Part shown: positions 26,840 through 37,593 of the stretch, in pieces | Layout of the letters: every line of letters starts with the position of its first letter | Numbering within the stretch: position 1 is the first letter of the stretch | NCBI GenBank assembly: GCA_016934735.1 | Contig: JAFGSG010000063.1 | Span: 33,361 to 97,360, forward strand | Origin: Spirochaetota bacterium | GTDB taxonomy: Bacteria; Spirochaetota; UBA4802; JAFGDQ01 | Length of the DNA stretch: 64,000 nt | Direction of reading: 5' to 3' | The notes under the pieces: model-generated | What the model was told of the DNA's origin: nothing | Database searches by the model: none | Seen by the model: the letters and a program-made list of their open reading frames with translations, nothing else | Program-made: the position numbers and the translations under genes

Positions 26840-28195
26840 TTATACAATCCCCCCAGCAAGCATTGCCTTCGCAACTTTAACAAATCCGGCAATGTTGGCG
26901 CCCATTACATAGTCGCCTTTTTTACCGTATGTCTCAGAAGCGCTCAGGCATGCCTTGTGGATATTCTTCATGATTTCCTTCAGCCTGGAATCAACTTCTT
27001 CTCTGCTCCATGAAAGCCTCATGCTGTTCTGCGACATCTCAAGTCCTGATGTGGCCACTCCGCCTGCATTAGCAGCTTTTCCCGGTCCATAAAGTATGTT
27101 GTTATCCTGATAAATCTTGATTGCGTCAGGAGAAGATGGCATATTTGCACCCTCTGAAACACAAATACATCCGGTCTTAGCCATATTCTCTGCATTCTTG
27201 CCGCTGATTTCGTTCTGGGTAGCGGATGGGAATGCAACATCGACCTTTATTCCCTGTTCTCTTAAAACGTCCCAAACACTCAGGCCGTTGAAATATTTTA
27301 CTTTATATTTATCTGCATATTCTTTTATTCTTCCGCGTCTTATATTCTTCAAATCCATTATAAAATTCAGCTTATCGCCGTCGATTCCTTTCTCATCAAT
27401 TATTGTACCGTCAGAATCGCTGAGTGATATGACCTTGCCGCCAAGCTGGCTGACCTTTTCAACCGTATATTGAGCAACATTGCCTGAGCCGCTTACGGCA
27501 CAAACCTTGCCGTTAAGGTCCTTCCCTCTCGTCGCCAGCATTTCAGCTGCAAAATAAGTAGCGCCGTATCCGGTAGCTTCCGGTCTGATAAGACTTCCGC
27601 CGTATTCAAGCGCTTTGCCGGTCAATACGCCAGTATGCTCATTAACTATTTTTTTATAATATCCGAACATGAATCCGATTTCGCGTCCGCCTACTCCGAT
27701 GTCGCCCGCAGGCACGTCAATATCGGGACCGATATATTTAAATAATTCGCGCATAAATGACTGAGTAAACCTCATGACTTCCATGTCCGATTTGCCCTTT
27801 GGATCGAAATCCGAGCCTCCCTTTGCTCCGCCCATCGGAAGCGTTGTAAGCGAATTTTTAAAGATCTGTTCGAATCCCAGGAATTTGATAATGCCCAGGT
27901 TTACCGACGGATGGAATCTGAGACCTCCCTTATATGGTCCGATTGCATTTGTAAACTGCACTCTAAAACCTCTGTTAACCTGCACTTCTCCCTTATCGTC
28001 AACCCACGGCACGCGGAACATAATTACCCTGTCCGGCTCAACGATTCTTTCATAGATCTTTGCCTTAACAAACTCCGGATGCTTTGCAATAGTCGGTTCA
28101 AGCGTATACATTACTTCTTCAACAGCCTGATGAAATTCCTTTTGCTCCGGATCTCGTTTCTTTACTTTGTCGATTATTTCATTGATTAATGACAT
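26840..28195 (-). CDS. gdhA: NADP-specific glutamate dehydrogenase.
   Basis: GGAKGGSDFDPKGKSD and Rossmann motif GSGNVAQY. 451 aa. Confidence 0.9.
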   Translation of the reverse strand: MSLINEIIDKVKKRDPEQKEFHQAVEEVMYTLEPTIAKHPEFVKAKIYERIVEPDRVIMFRVPWVDDKGEVQVNRGFRVQFTNAIGPYKGGLRFHPSVNLGIIKFLGFEQIFKNSLTTLPMGGAKGGSDFDPKGKSDMEVMRFTQSFMRELFKYIGPDIDVPAGDIGVGGREIGFMFGYYKKIVNEHTGVLTGKALEYGGSLIRPEATGYGATYFAAEMLATRGKDLNGKVCAVSGSGNVAQYTVEKVSQLGGKVISLSDSDGTIIDEKGIDGDKLNFIMDLKNIRRGRIKEYADKYKVKYFNGLSVWDVLREQGIKVDVAFPSATQNEISGKNAENMAKTGCICVSEGANMPSSPDAIKIYQDNNILYGPGKAANAGGVATSGLEMSQNSMRLSWSREEVDSRLKEIMKNIHKACLSASETYGKKGDYVMGANIAGFVKVAKAMLAGGIV

Positions 28196-28565
28196 TTCTT
28201 AATCCTTTCCTTGATTTACTTAAAATTTTTACTCGTGATGGGGAAAAAACCTGCTCTTTCAACAGGATTTCATTTAACCTCATGCTACTGACGAATATTA
28301 TATAATATATTGATCATCCATAAAAATTCATTTGCCGCCCCTGTCAACAAATATAGCCCCCCACAATACACCGATTTGTTACAATTATGTTAAATTTTAA
28401 TCTATTTGTAATATTAATTATTTATTTATTTCCAATATAGTAAAAGTTAATTTACCGGTTATTATTATAGATTTAACCGAATTAAAAATATTATTATATC
28501 TTCCATGCAATAATACTTATTGCCACAAAGAAAAAACTGTATAAGTAGTAATAGAAAATTATAAA

Positions 28566-31151
28566 ATGAAATCGATAATTACAGTAAGTACAGGTATCAA
28601 TGGCCTTGATACAATATTGAACAATCTCCATCTGGGCGATAATGTCGTTTGGCAGGTTGATTCCATAGATGATTACAAGCATTTTTTAACTCCATATATT
28701 GACAATGCACTTCAGCAAAACAGAAAAATAATTTATTTCAGATTTGCAAATCATGAACCGCTGATCAATGACAACGGCCGCATCCATATCTTCAATCTCA
28801 ATGCATATAGCGGATTTGAGTCCTTCTCAAAAAAAATTTATACCATTATCACGGAAATGGGCGAGGAAGTGTTTTATATTTTTGATTGTCTGTCATCGCT
28901 TCTTTCCGCCTGGGCCACAGATCTGATGATCGGCAACTTCTTTGTTATTACATGTCCATATCTTTATAAATTAAATACTCTTGCATATTTTGCCATATAC
29001 CGTAACTGTCACAATTATAAAACCATTGCAAGAATCAGAGAGACAACCCAGGTACTTATCGATGTATACAGTGCTGACAATAATTTTTATGTACATCCGC
29101 TTAAAGTAGAAAACCGTTATTCTCCCACAATGTTTTTTCCGCATCTTAACAAGGGCAATGAATTTATTCCGATAACAAATAGCAATGATGCAGTCAATTT
29201 TATTAATTTCATTCAAAAAAGAGACTCTGAGAGCACTCTCAGAAATCTGGATTTCTGGGACCAGCTTTTTCTTGATGCTGAAAATTTATTAAAAACGCAT
29301 GCATCGCCTGAAGAGAAAAGAACAATGGTGGAACAGCTCTGCAGAATGATGATAGGCCGCGATGAAAGAATATTAAAGCTTGCAAATGATAATTTTTCAC
29401 TCGAGTTTATGCTTAATTTAAAAGACCGCCTTATAGGTACAGGATACATCGGCGGAAAATCCGTGGGCCTTCTCATTTCCAGAATGATCCTTCAGAATGA
29501 TGCCGAACGCGACTGGAATAGCCTTCTCGAGCCTCACGACTCCTATTATATCGGTTCAGATGTTTTTTATTCATATATTGTACAGAACGGCTGGTGGGAA
29601 CTATTCATGAAGCAGAAATCACCTGAGCATTATTTTGAAGCGGGATTCGAGCTTCAGAAAAAAATGCTCGATGGGGATTTCCCTGATCAGATAAAAGAGC
29701 ATTTACAATACGTTATAGAATACTTCGGCCAGTCTCCGATCATAATCCGTTCAAGCAGTCTTCTTGAGGACGCGTACGGGAATGCCTTTGCAGGCAAATA
29801 TGAGAGCTTTTTCTGCGTAAACCAGGGTTCGCCCCAGCAGAGGTACAAGAACTTTACGGCAACCATGCGCAGGATATACGCAAGCACGATGAATGAAGAC
29901 GCTCTCTCGTACAGACTGCAGCGCGGACTCGATCAGATGGACGAACAGATGGCGCTTCTCGTCATGCGTGTATCCGGCACTCATCATAAACATTACTTTT
30001 TCCCTGATATCGGCGGTGTAGGTTTGTCGTATAATACGTATGTGTGGAACAGCAGCATCAAGCCGGAGTCCGGGATGCTGAGGCTTGTTTACGGGCTCGG
30101 AACGCGCGCAGTAGGCCGTGTTGAGGGGGATTATCCGCGCATCGTCGCACTCGATTCTCCGGAAAAACTTCCCATTGCAAACGACGACATAAGAAGATTT
30201 TCCCAGCATAAAGTGGATGTTCTGGACATAATGGAAAATACGTTAAAAACAGTGGCCTTTGACCATCTGTTGGATGAGGACCTCAACTTAAATCTTGACT
30301 ATATTGCGGAGAAAGATCTGGACGCAGTTCGGAAAATGAAAGATATGGGCATTGAGGGCAAAGAACCGTGGATCATTAATTACAGGCGTTTGTTCAGCGA
30401 TCTGTCCTTTACCGATGATATGAAACAAATGCTTAAAAAACTTGAGAAGATTTATAATTATCCGGTTGATATTGAATTCACAGTAAATTTCAGTTCACAG
30501 GATCGATGCAGGATAAACCTTCTTCAGTGCAGGCCGCATCAGATCGCAGGTATGGATGGCCATGTGAAAATACCGGCCGATATTCCGCCGGAAAAAATTA
30601 TTTTCAAATCAAAGAGCAATTTTTTAGGAGGCAGCGTTTCCAGGCCCATCAAACAGATTATATATATTGATCCTTCCGGTTATAACGCACTGACAATAAC
30701 GGAAAAGCATGATATCGCTCGCCTCGTAGGCAAGCTGAACAGACAGATAACCGACCGCGAAAACCGCCAGACAATGCTTCTCGGCCCCGGGCGCTGGGGT
30801 ACTACAACACCCTCGCTCGGCGTGCCTGTGCGTTTCGCGGAAATCAACAATGTGAGAGTGCTGGTGGAAATCGCGCGCATGAGCGAAGACATCATGCCGG
30901 AGCTTTCTTACGGGAGCCATTTTTTTCTTGATCTGGTTGAGACTAATATTTTTTATATTGCCCTTTTCCCCGAAAACAAAGAAGTATTCTTTAATATTGA
31001 TTTTTTAAACAGTCAGAATAATAAATTAGCAGATCTTGTTCCCGACGACAAACATTACGAAAATATAGTAAGGGTCTATGACTTTCCTTCATTAAGAATA
31101 CAGATCATGTCGGATATTATATCACAGGATATAGTATGCTTTATTAAATAA
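28566..31151 (+). CDS. PEP/pyruvate-binding (PPDK_N, ATP-grasp-like) domain protein with a degenerate, Walker-A-less KaiC/RecA-like N-terminus.
   Basis: Central motif IIIRSSSLLEDAYGNAFAGKYESF is the PPDK_N signature. N-terminal TGINGLDTIL...GDNVVWQVDS resembles KaiC/RecA but has no GxxGxGKT. No His-swivel (GGRTSH) motif is visible. Confidence 0.55.
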   Translation: MKSIITVSTGINGLDTILNNLHLGDNVVWQVDSIDDYKHFLTPYIDNALQQNRKIIYFRFANHEPLINDNGRIHIFNLNAYSGFESFSKKIYTIITEMGEEVFYIFDCLSSLLSAWATDLMIGNFFVITCPYLYKLNTLAYFAIYRNCHNYKTIARIRETTQVLIDVYSADNNFYVHPLKVENRYSPTMFFPHLNKGNEFIPITNSNDAVNFINFIQKRDSESTLRNLDFWDQLFLDAENLLKTHASPEEKRTMVEQLCRMMIGRDERILKLANDNFSLEFMLNLKDRLIGTGYIGGKSVGLLISRMILQNDAERDWNSLLEPHDSYYIGSDVFYSYIVQNGWWELFMKQKSPEHYFEAGFELQKKMLDGDFPDQIKEHLQYVIEYFGQSPIIIRSSSLLEDAYGNAFAGKYESFFCVNQGSPQQRYKNFTATMRRIYASTMNEDALSYRLQRGLDQMDEQMALLVMRVSGTHHKHYFFPDIGGVGLSYNTYVWNSSIKPESGMLRLVYGLGTRAVGRVEGDYPRIVALDSPEKLPIANDDIRRFSQHKVDVLDIMENTLKTVAFDHLLDEDLNLNLDYIAEKDLDAVRKMKDMGIEGKEPWIINYRRLFSDLSFTDDMKQMLKKLEKIYNYPVDIEFTVNFSSQDRCRINLLQCRPHQIAGMDGHVKIPADIPPEKIIFKSKSNFLGGSVSRPIKQIIYIDPSGYNALTITEKHDIARLVGKLNRQITDRENRQTMLLGPGRWGTTTPSLGVPVRFAEINNVRVLVEIARMSEDIMPELSYGSHFFLDLVETNIFYIALFPENKEVFFNIDFLNSQNNKLADLVPDDKHYENIVRVYDFPSLRIQIMSDIISQDIVCFIK

Positions 31152-31207
31152 AAACATCTGACAGATATCCCGGTATACAGCTGTCCGTTTCATTCACAGG
31201 CAGACTA

Positions 31208-31864
31208 TTATATACCCATTAGCCCCAACAATTTCTCCGGCTTATCAATTATTTGTTTTGCTCCGTATCTGGTCAGATCATCCTTGCTTCGATACCCCCA
31301 CAAAACCCCGACAGGATACATCCCTGCATTGACTGCAGTCTGCATGTCTGTACCGCTGTCTCCGACAAAAATCATCTGTGCTGGATTTGATGAAAGCTTT
31401 TCTGCAATAACGAGTGCAGCAGATGGATCAGGTTTTTTAGGGATGCCCGGCATTTCTCCCCGCACATCATTAAAATAATCGCTGCCGAAAAAATGCTGCA
31501 CCATCTGCACTGTAAATACATGCAGTTTATTGGATAATACTGCTGTTTGTATTTGATTGGCTTTCAGCTTATTTAAAAGCTCCGGAATGCCTCCATAGGC
31601 CTTTGTTTTTTTAGTCCAGTTGTCGCTGTATATATTGCGAAAATTTGAAACACATCTTTTTACCAGTTCTTCACTTTTGATGTCAGGAGGGAGTGCGCGA
31701 GTAACCAGATTCTCAACGCCGTTTCCTACTAATTGCAGATATGTTTGAATATCATGAACCGGATAGCCCATGGATTTGAGTGTATCATTCATTGAATCGC
31801 CGAGATCCTGTATTGTATCCAGGAGTGTTCCGTCAAGATCAAATATAATGGCCTTATATTTCAT
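31208..31864 (-). CDS. HAD-superfamily phosphatase (phosphoglycolate-phosphatase-like).
   Basis: Motif I IIFDLDGTLLDT. About 218 aa. C-terminal GDSGTD motif. Confidence 0.75.
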   Translation of the reverse strand: MKYKAIIFDLDGTLLDTIQDLGDSMNDTLKSMGYPVHDIQTYLQLVGNGVENLVTRALPPDIKSEELVKRCVSNFRNIYSDNWTKKTKAYGGIPELLNKLKANQIQTAVLSNKLHVFTVQMVQHFFGSDYFNDVRGEMPGIPKKPDPSAALVIAEKLSSNPAQMIFVGDSGTDMQTAVNAGMYPVGVLWGYRSKDDLTRYGAKQIIDKPEKLLGLMGI

Positions 31865-31951
31865 GCCGCGACTTTAAAGTCCATAGATAAAATGAGTCAA
31901 TTATACCGGCTCTTCTGAACCTATAGATAAATAAAATTCTATCAGATTCGG

Positions 31952-34900
31952 TCATTTAATATCTTTATGATAAGCCTGTATTGATTTCACATCCCCAACA
32001 CCGTTCTTCTTTAAATATTCCCTGATACCCTCCGCTGCAGCTTTTGCAGCAGCTGTTGTTGTTATGTACGGGATCTTATACCTGATAGCCGCTTTTCTGA
32101 TGTAGGAATCGTCATACATACCGCTTTTCCCGATAGGCGTATTGATAATCAGATCGATCTCTTTATTGTGTATGGCATCTACAATATTAGGTCTTCCCTC
32201 GTATACTTTTTTAATATGAACAGAAGGAACTTTATTGTCAGCTAAAAATTTATACGTATGCTCAGTCGCCAGTATATTAAAGCCTGCCTTGTTAAGCGTA
32301 CGCGCCGTTCCAAGAATATCCTTCTTGTCCCTGTCTGTCACGGTAATAAGCACATGACCGCCAAGAGGCAACCTCTGCCCCGCAGCTTCCTGAGATTTAA
32401 AATAGGCGGCTCCAAAAGAATCCGCAATTCCGAGGACTTCTCCCGTTGATTTCATTTCCGGCCCAAGAGTCGGATCAACTTCCGGAAACATATTAAATGG
32501 AAACACGGACTCTTTAACACCGATGTGGGAATACGTTTTCTGCTTAAGCTTCATATCTTTCAATTTTTTCCCCAGCATAAGCTGTGTTGCGATGCGGGCC
32601 ATCTGCACCCCTGTTACCTTCGATACCAGCGGAACTGTTCTGCTTGCCCTTGGATTTGCTTCAAGAATGTAAACCGTATCATGTGCTATGGCGTATTGAA
32701 TATTCATAAGCCCCACTACCTTTAATTCCACCGCCAGCTTCCTTGTGTATTCATTGATTGTCTGAATATGCTTTTTTGAAAGAGTGCCCGGAGGAATGGC
32801 GCAGGCGCTGTCGCCTGAGTGAATGCCGGCCAGTTCAATATGCTCCATAATCGACGGAACAAATGCGTCCTCTCCATCTGCTATCGCGTCGGCTTCTGCT
32901 TCGATCGCATCTTCCAGAAATTTATCGATCAGTATCGGACGGCCGGGCGAAATATCAATGGCCGCGTTGATGTATGCAGTCAACATATCCTCATCGTATA
33001 CAATTTCCATACCTCTTCCGCCAAGCACATACGACGGCCTTACCATGAGAGGGTATCCGATTTTGTGTGCAGCAGATAATGCTTCCTCTATGTTCACTGC
33101 AGTGTCGCTCTCCGGCTGAGGTATGCCGAGCTTGTCTATGACGTTCTTAAAGCGCTTTCTGTCTTCAGCAAGGTCAATGCTTTCGGTAGATGTACCGAGT
33201 ATCTTTACGCCCGCATCCTCTAGCTCCTTTGCTATATTAAGAGGTGTCTGCCCCCCGAATTGAACTATAACGCCCACAGGCATTTCGTTTTGATATATGC
33301 TGAGAACATCTTCCACTGTCAGAGGCTCAAAATATAGCTTATCTGATGTATCATAGTCGGTAGATACTGTTTCCGGATTGCAATTAACCATAATCGATTC
33401 ATATCCTTCATCACGCAATGCAAACGCGGCATGAACACATGTATAGTCAAATTCAATTCCCTGCCCTATCCTGTTCGGTCCGCCGCCGAGTATCATCACT
33501 TTTGGTTTATCGTCAACCTTAACCTCATTAATAGCATTATATGTTGAATAATAATAGGCAGCGTCAGCTCCACTCACTGGCACTGAGCACCAGGCCTCTG
33601 ATTTGCCAAGAAATATCCTCTTATCTCTTATTTCATCCTCGCGAAGTCCGAGAATCTGCGCCAGGTATCTGTCGGAAAAACCGTCTTCTTTAGCCTTAAC
33701 CAGCAGATTGTCAGGAGGTATCTTCCCTTTATGTTTTAACAGCTCTTCTTCAATGTCCACCAGTTCTTTCATTTGTCCGATAAACCAGTGTTTGATTTTT
33801 GTTTTCTCAAACAGCTCATCTACAGATGCGCCTTTTCTCAAGGCCTCATACATGATGAACTGCCTTTCCGATGATGGCTCTTTCAGCAGAACCATGAGTT
33901 CGTTAAGCGGAAGCTGATTAAAATTTTTAGCGAAACCAAGGCCGTAGCGCTTATTCTCAAGCGACCTTATCGCTTTCTGAAATGCCTCCTTATAAGTCTT
34001 ACCAATGCTCATTACCTCTCCGACAGCTTTCATCTGTGTTCCGAGTCTGTCCTCTGCTTCCTTGAATTTTTCAAACGCCCAGCGCGCGAATTTTATTACT
34101 ACATAGTCCCCGGAAGGGACATAGTTATCAAGTGTGCCGCCGCGATAGTACGGGATATCTTTCAGAGTGTAACCGCCTGCCAGTTTCGCTGAAATGAGCG
34201 CTATCGGAAAACCTGTTGCCTTTGAAGCAAGCGCAGATGAGCGCGATGTTCTCGGATTTATCTCAATAACAACAATACGGCCGTCAGCAGGATTATGGGC
34301 GAACTGCACGTTTGTACCGCCGATAACCTGAATTGCTTCAACGATCCTGTACGAGTACTCCTGGAGTTTCCTCTGCAGGTCTTCGGAGATCGTAAGCATT
34401 GGAGCGGAGCAGAATGAGTCACCTGTATGAACACCCATAGGATCGATATTCTCAATAAAGCAAACTGTAATCATTTTATTGTCAGCATCGCGCACAACTT
34501 CAAGTTCCAGTTCCTCCCAGCCGATTACCGATTCCTCAATAAGCACCTGGCCGATAAGGCTGGCAGATATTCCTCTGCTGACTATTGTGCTGAGTTCTTC
34601 CTTGTTGTATGCAATTCCCCCACCCGTGCCTCCCATTGTGTAAGCAGGCCTTACGATTACAGGAAATCCCAGCTTTTCAGCAATCGCCAGTGCCTCTTCG
34701 AATGAATATGCAAGCTCACTCACCGGCATGGGAATGCCTAATTTATTCATGGTTTTTTTGAACTCGCTTCTGTCTTCGCCGCGTTCAATTGCATCCGCCT
34801 GAACACCTATTATGCTAACTCCGTATTTCTCAAGTATGCCCCGTTTTGCGAGTTCCGCAGACAAATTCAGCCCGGTCTGTCCGCCAAGATTTGACAGTAA

Positions 34901-35167
34901 ACCTTCGGGCTTTTCTTTCTTGATTATTTTTTCAAGCACTTCAATTGTAAGGGGTTCAACATACGTAGCATCGGCCATTCCGGGATCAGTCATTATTGTG
35001 GCCGGATTTGAATTGACCAGAACTATCTTGTAGCCCGCAGATCTAAGCGCCTTGCAGGCCTGGGTTCCGGAATAATCAAATTCGCATGCCTGGCCTATAA
35101 TAATCGGGCCCGATCCGATGATTAAAACTTTATTTATACCGTTGATTTTTTTTATCTGTTGTTTCAT
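31952..35167 (-). CDS. carB: Carbamoyl-phosphate synthase large subunit. The start is placed at an internal Met with an RBS (aagga). The track ORF extends to 35209.
   Basis: Duplicated ATP-grasp halves, IIGSGPIIIGQACEFDYSG and ILGGGPNRIGQGIEFDY. C-terminal MGS-like domain. About 1070 aa. Confidence 0.9.
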   Translation of the reverse strand: MKQQIKKINGINKVLIIGSGPIIIGQACEFDYSGTQACKALRSAGYKIVLVNSNPATIMTDPGMADATYVEPLTIEVLEKIIKKEKPEGLLSNLGGQTGLNLSAELAKRGILEKYGVSIIGVQADAIERGEDRSEFKKTMNKLGIPMPVSELAYSFEEALAIAEKLGFPVIVRPAYTMGGTGGGIAYNKEELSTIVSRGISASLIGQVLIEESVIGWEELELEVVRDADNKMITVCFIENIDPMGVHTGDSFCSAPMLTISEDLQRKLQEYSYRIVEAIQVIGGTNVQFAHNPADGRIVVIEINPRTSRSSALASKATGFPIALISAKLAGGYTLKDIPYYRGGTLDNYVPSGDYVVIKFARWAFEKFKEAEDRLGTQMKAVGEVMSIGKTYKEAFQKAIRSLENKRYGLGFAKNFNQLPLNELMVLLKEPSSERQFIMYEALRKGASVDELFEKTKIKHWFIGQMKELVDIEEELLKHKGKIPPDNLLVKAKEDGFSDRYLAQILGLREDEIRDKRIFLGKSEAWCSVPVSGADAAYYYSTYNAINEVKVDDKPKVMILGGGPNRIGQGIEFDYTCVHAAFALRDEGYESIMVNCNPETVSTDYDTSDKLYFEPLTVEDVLSIYQNEMPVGVIVQFGGQTPLNIAKELEDAGVKILGTSTESIDLAEDRKRFKNVIDKLGIPQPESDTAVNIEEALSAAHKIGYPLMVRPSYVLGGRGMEIVYDEDMLTAYINAAIDISPGRPILIDKFLEDAIEAEADAIADGEDAFVPSIMEHIELAGIHSGDSACAIPPGTLSKKHIQTINEYTRKLAVELKVVGLMNIQYAIAHDTVYILEANPRASRTVPLVSKVTGVQMARIATQLMLGKKLKDMKLKQKTYSHIGVKESVFPFNMFPEVDPTLGPEMKSTGEVLGIADSFGAAYFKSQEAAGQRLPLGGHVLITVTDRDKKDILGTARTLNKAGFNILATEHTYKFLADNKVPSVHIKKVYEGRPNIVDAIHNKEIDLIINTPIGKSGMYDDSYIRKAAIRYKIPYITTTAAAKAAAEGIREYLKKNGVGDVKSIQAYHKDIK

Positions 35168-35504
35168 TCGTGAATATTCCTTTTGGTTGGGAGGGATTTT
35201 GCGAAGCATACTAATAAAAATCTATCAAGGGAGTCAAGTAAAACTTTTTTATTATTTTATACGAAAAGCAGCTTGACAGGATTTACATGTTTTCCTGAGA
35301 TTACTAAAATAATAGGTCTTAAGTTATTCCGTTAGTTCGGCTGCAGGGGATATTTGTCACTTATTAAAAATATACTGCTTCTGCCGGAATTACAATTTTT
35401 GTCTGGTTTAACCAGTTTAAGCTTATTATTAATTATTTTGCAAAATATTAAATATTGTAGTATAATAATTTAATTTTAATTCTGACTTTTTATAGGAGTA
35501 AATA

Positions 35505-36353
35505 ATGCATAAAGAAAATAAACAGAGTGGATTTTCAGGAGCTTCCAAATATGTCCTGGATGAAGAGCTTGCCAAGATCGTAAATATTTCGATGGCACTC
35601 GAAATGCCCCTGCTGCTCAAGGGAGAGCCCGGTACGGGGAAGACAATGCTGGCTCACGCAATTGCCGAAACCACAAACATGAAGCTAATCATTCTTAATG
35701 TTAAATCGAGTATGAAGCTTATCGACGCTCTTTATCAATATGACACTCTTACTCGCTTGAATGACAGCCGCTTCGGCGATTCAAAAAGAGACGTCAGCAA
35801 TATCGAGGAATATATCAAGATGGGCAAGATAGGACAAGCTTTTACTTCAGACGAAAGAGTGATTCTCCTAATAGATGAAATCGATAAGGCCGACACGGAT
35901 TTTCAGGATGACATGCTGGATGTCCTTGATCAGATGCAGTTTGACATTATTGAGATTGACAGGACCATGAAAGCAAAACACCGCCCTGTCATAATCATTA
36001 CATCGAATGCAAAAAAAGATCTCTCCGATCCGTTTCTCGGACGCTGCAATTTCCATCACATCGCGTTCCCCGAACCGGATATGATGAGAAAGATAGTACA
36101 GGTACATTTCCCGAATATCGATAAGGAATTGCTTGACAGCGCAATAAAAACCTTTTACCGCCTTCGCGAAATAAGAGGCATCGAAAAAAAACCCGCAACC
36201 CGCGAACTGATCAACTGGATAAGAGCTCTTAAGGCAGATCCCGATTTTAAAATCAAGGACCTTAAAGGCGATATGCCGTTTCTGGGAATCCTGTTTAAAA
36301 AAAGCCCTGACTATATGACTGCACAACATACTGTTGCACGGTTTAAGGATTAA
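35505..36353 (+). CDS. MoxR/CoxD-like AAA+ ATPase.
   Basis: Walker A GEPGTGKT. Walker B LLIDEIDKAD. About 280 aa, typical of MoxR. Confidence 0.75.
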   Translation: MHKENKQSGFSGASKYVLDEELAKIVNISMALEMPLLLKGEPGTGKTMLAHAIAETTNMKLIILNVKSSMKLIDALYQYDTLTRLNDSRFGDSKRDVSNIEEYIKMGKIGQAFTSDERVILLIDEIDKADTDFQDDMLDVLDQMQFDIIEIDRTMKAKHRPVIIITSNAKKDLSDPFLGRCNFHHIAFPEPDMMRKIVQVHFPNIDKELLDSAIKTFYRLREIRGIEKKPATRELINWIRALKADPDFKIKDLKGDMPFLGILFKKSPDYMTAQHTVARFKD

Positions 36354-36361
36354 ACAGTAAT

Positions 36362-37555
36362 ATGTTTATAGATTTCTTTTTTTTACTAAAAAAAGTAGGC
36401 ATTCCTGTTTCACCGACCTCTTTTTTAAGGCTTCATAAAGCTTTAAGCATGGGTATAATCAATTCCACTGATGATTTTTATACAGGCGCCCGCTCCATAC
36501 TTGTGAAAAGTGAAAAATATTTCGACCTCTACGATCAGGTTTTCGCGCATCAATTTAAAGGCGTTGAGTTAAAGGAGCCGGAAGAATTTGAATTAACCGA
36601 GATAGCACAAGCCATGCTTCAGGAATGGCTGAAGGACCCGAAGGGGCTCGCGAACGCACTGGGCATAAACATGGATGAACTTAAGCATTTAAGCCCTGAA
36701 GAGTTGATAAAATACTTTCTCGACCGTTTGAAAGAACAGACCGGAGAACATCACGGCGGGAAAAAATGGATCGGCACAAGAGGTTTTTCCCCGGTCGGCC
36801 ATTCAGGATATCATCCTGGTGGCATGAGAGTAGGCGGAGTATCCATGAATAAATCGGCAATTAAGGTTGCAATGGACCGGAGATACCGCGATTACTCACA
36901 GATGGGACCGATGACACCGTCACAGATAGGCGAGGCACTTAAAAGACTGCGCAACATGGTCCCGCACGGCCCAAAGGACAGGATAAATATCGATAAGACT
37001 ATTTACGAAACCATGAAAAAAGCCGGCGAGATCGAAATAATATACGACCGCAGTTTAAAGGACAGGCTCAAAGTAATACTTGCCATAGACAACGGCGGGT
37101 GGTCAATGGATCCTTATATTGAACTGGTACAGACTCTTTTTAATTACGCGCGCGCCCAATTCAAAGACATTAAAACATTTTTCTTTCACAACACAATTTA
37201 CGATTACCTGTGGGAGGATCCGCAAAGACGCTCAAGACCGTTCCCGGTCGATGATTTAGTTCGGCTCGACCCTGAAACAAGATTCATAATATTGGGGGAT
37301 GCGAGCATGGCTCCCTATGAGTTGACATATACTGACGGATCAATCCATATGGAAGAGCGGTCCGGAAAGCCCAGCGATGAAAGATTAAGATTTATTGCTA
37401 AAACATTCCCGCATTCAGTCTGGATAAATCCGGTAATATCCGAAGAATGGAACTACACCCATACGATCCATCTTATACAGCAGATATTCCCGATGTTCGA
37501 ACTGACTCTTGAAGGTCTAGAGAAAGCGGTTAGTTATATAATGAAAAAGAACTGA
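36362..37555 (+). CDS. VWA-domain protein, CoxE-like partner of the MoxR ATPase.
   Basis: Immediately downstream of the MoxR gene (8-nt gap). N-terminal MFIDFFFLLKK.GIPVS...LR pattern and C-terminal VWA-like region LAIDNGGWSMD. Confidence 0.55.
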   Translation: MFIDFFFLLKKVGIPVSPTSFLRLHKALSMGIINSTDDFYTGARSILVKSEKYFDLYDQVFAHQFKGVELKEPEEFELTEIAQAMLQEWLKDPKGLANALGINMDELKHLSPEELIKYFLDRLKEQTGEHHGGKKWIGTRGFSPVGHSGYHPGGMRVGGVSMNKSAIKVAMDRRYRDYSQMGPMTPSQIGEALKRLRNMVPHGPKDRINIDKTIYETMKKAGEIEIIYDRSLKDRLKVILAIDNGGWSMDPYIELVQTLFNYARAQFKDIKTFFFHNTIYDYLWEDPQRRSRPFPVDDLVRLDPETRFIILGDASMAPYELTYTDGSIHMEERSGKPSDERLRFIAKTFPHSVWINPVISEEWNYTHTIHLIQQIFPMFELTLEGLEKAVSYIMKKN

Positions 37556-37593
37556 TAAATATACTGATGCGAAAGAAGGTTTATCAATAAAAA

